A stretch of DNA of 26,777 bases from a virus (lineage: Duplodnaviria; Caudoviricetes), in the IMG/VR virus record IMGVR_UViG_3300044940_000473, positions 1-26,777 of that record, one strand, 5' to 3'. Positions 25,349 through 26,777 of this stretch are shown piece by piece. Position 1 is the stretch's first letter. Each line of letters begins with the position of its first letter. Under the pieces are notes generated by a model. The model was not told the origin of the DNA. It ran no database searches and saw only the letters and a list, made by a program, of their open reading frames with translations. Both the position numbers and the translations under genes were made by a program.

Positions 25349-26776
25349 TTATTGAACAGCAAGTGGTCTAGACATAAGATCTAAATCTGATCTACTATTT
25401 CCACCAAAAGCATTCATTTGAACTTGACTATCTCCTCCGCGATTAATTTGATTTATAGGTGAAATTGTCATTGGAGCATATACTATATTAGTGGTGTTCA
25501 TTAAAGTTTTTGTTGCTTCAGCTACTTCAATGACTTTATTTTGTAATGGTTGCCAATTTTCATCAAAATAATTTCTTAGAAATTGTCCAGCAGAAGTAGT
25601 TTCTGGTACAACTGCTTCTCTTCCATGAAGAATCGCGAGCGTGCCTTTACCAAAATTTTCAAAACCTTTAGATCCTTTTGAATATGAAGATACTGAAAAT
25701 TCATTTGGCCATGATTGTGGAAATGGATTTTCAATTGGTTGTATTGTTGGATTTTGTGATGATTCTTCTATGTTTGAATCATCTGGTATAAGAGCATCTT
25801 TTAATTCATCTATTAAATGTAAATATTGATCAAATGTTCTAAATCCAAAAACACTTTGCGCCATTCCTAATAATATTTGATCTCTTGTATATTCATTTTC
25901 ATTACTTCTTCTTGATGCATAATCTCTTAATTCACGTATTGCATTTTGTGCATTCTGATTACTTTCAAGATTATTGTTTTCTAATGCATCTAAAATTGTT
26001 TGAAGTCTTGTTTCTAGTTGTAAATCGTTTATTCCTTGATCTGGATCAAGTGGTTCTGATCCAAAAAAATTATCCATAATTTGTAATTGTTCTCTTGCTG
26101 TTTGTATTTCTCTTTCTGGAAGTACTAATTCTGTTCTTCTTAGAGCTTCAGAACGATGCTCTACTAATTTTCTTCTTTCTTCTTCTGATATTGTTTCACC
26201 AGAATTTGCTCTTCGTATTATATCTGATACTTCATTTATTTGTTCATGAAAACTTTCTGTTGCTGAATTTCTTATTCTATTAAGCCAATCAATTATGTTT
26301 GTTCCTAAACCAATTGCAAAACCCAAAGCCGCACCAACTATTGCTCCTTTTGGACCGAACATAGATAGTAGTGTAGCACCATTTATAGTATACTGTGCAA
26401 TATTATCAATACCATTTGCAACATTTTCTGGAAGACCTTGTTCTTCTAACCATCCTTTTATATCATCAGCATATCTTATATAGGCAGCTAATACTGCAGA
26501 ACTTATTATTGAAGTTATTAATGCTCTTCTTCTATTTAATCTACTTATTATTTCACCATTTGGTCCAACGGCATCACTAAAAAAAGATACTATAGTTTGT
26601 CTAAAGGCTTGAGAAGAAACAGCAGAAGCTATAGATGCACCTAATACACCCATTATGCCTCGAGTCAGTGTTTCTAATCTCATTTCTTGACCTAAAATAG
26701 TAATCATTTGATTTCTATCTAAACCAATTGCATCTAAAACATCATCAGCAAATGATGCAGCTGCTCCTGCTGCTGC
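25349..26776 (-). CDS. C-terminal part of a large virion protein, possibly tape-measure/baseplate hub (gp29-like); 5'-truncated
   Basis: Frame stays open to the window end. Gly/Ala hydrophobic helices and a G..LHGREAVVP motif of the kind seen near tape-measure C-termini. Confidence 0.5.
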   Translation of the reverse strand, partial: AAAGAAASFADDVLDAIGLDRNQMITILGQEMRLETLTRGIMGVLGASIASAVSSQAFRQTIVSFFSDAVGPNGEIISRLNRRRALITSIISSAVLAAYIRYADDIKGWLEEQGLPENVANGIDNIAQYTINGATLLSMFGPKGAIVGAALGFAIGLGTNIIDWLNRIRNSATESFHEQINEVSDIIRRANSGETISEEERRKLVEHRSEALRRTELVLPEREIQTAREQLQIMDNFFGSEPLDPDQGINDLQLETRLQTILDALENNNLESNQNAQNAIRELRDYASRRSNENEYTRDQILLGMAQSVFGFRTFDQYLHLIDELKDALIPDDSNIEESSQNPTIQPIENPFPQSWPNEFSVSSYSKGSKGFENFGKGTLAILHGREAVVPETTSAGQFLRNYFDENWQPLQNKVIEVAEATKTLMNTTNIVYAPMTISPINQINRGGDSQVQMNAFGGNSRSDLDLMSRPLAVQ

Positions 26777-26777
26777 A

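Noticed and set aside
25641-26580. Short plus-strand ORFs opposite the large minus-strand gene
   Set aside because: Low-complexity antisense shadows.
1-26777. tRNA genes, CRISPR arrays, transposases, free-standing homing endonucleases
   Set aside because: No cloverleafs, spaced direct repeats or corresponding protein motifs were seen.

Overview
AT-rich segment of a T4-like (Tevenvirinae-related) myophage genome covering the replication/recombination module: 5'-truncated Alt-like ADP-ribosyltransferase, uvsW, 55, 47, 46, 43, then dexA, 45, 44, 62, regA, dUTPase, hsp20 and a convergent, truncated tail/baseplate-like gene. Three things stand out. (1) Between genes 43 and 45 lies a ~10 kb DNA-modification island. 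It combines a gp42-type dCMP hydroxymethylase, a dNMP kinase, a MazG-like pyrophosphatase and a dCMP deaminase with a myo-inositol-1-phosphate synthase, a HAD phosphatase, an aGPT-Pplase/amino-acid:DNA-transferase-like protein, a GT-B glycosyltransferase, an SGNH-like protein and a degenerate C5-methyltransferase. Four of these proteins end in the same sliding-clamp-binding-like tail as the polymerase, which suggests a clamp-tethered, possibly inositol-based hypermodification of 5hmC. (2) Gene 46 (Rad50/SbcC) is split inside its Walker A motif by an atypically split intein (29-aa IntN, 124-aa IntC), and its partner gene 47 needs a +1 frameshift at UUU_CGG. (3) Candidate regulatory elements include a ROSE-like thermometer ahead of hsp20, a multi-hairpin late leader ahead of the inositol synthase, and an orphan near-consensus promoter firing antisense into uvsW. 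All family calls come from motif recognition by eye; no database searches were run.
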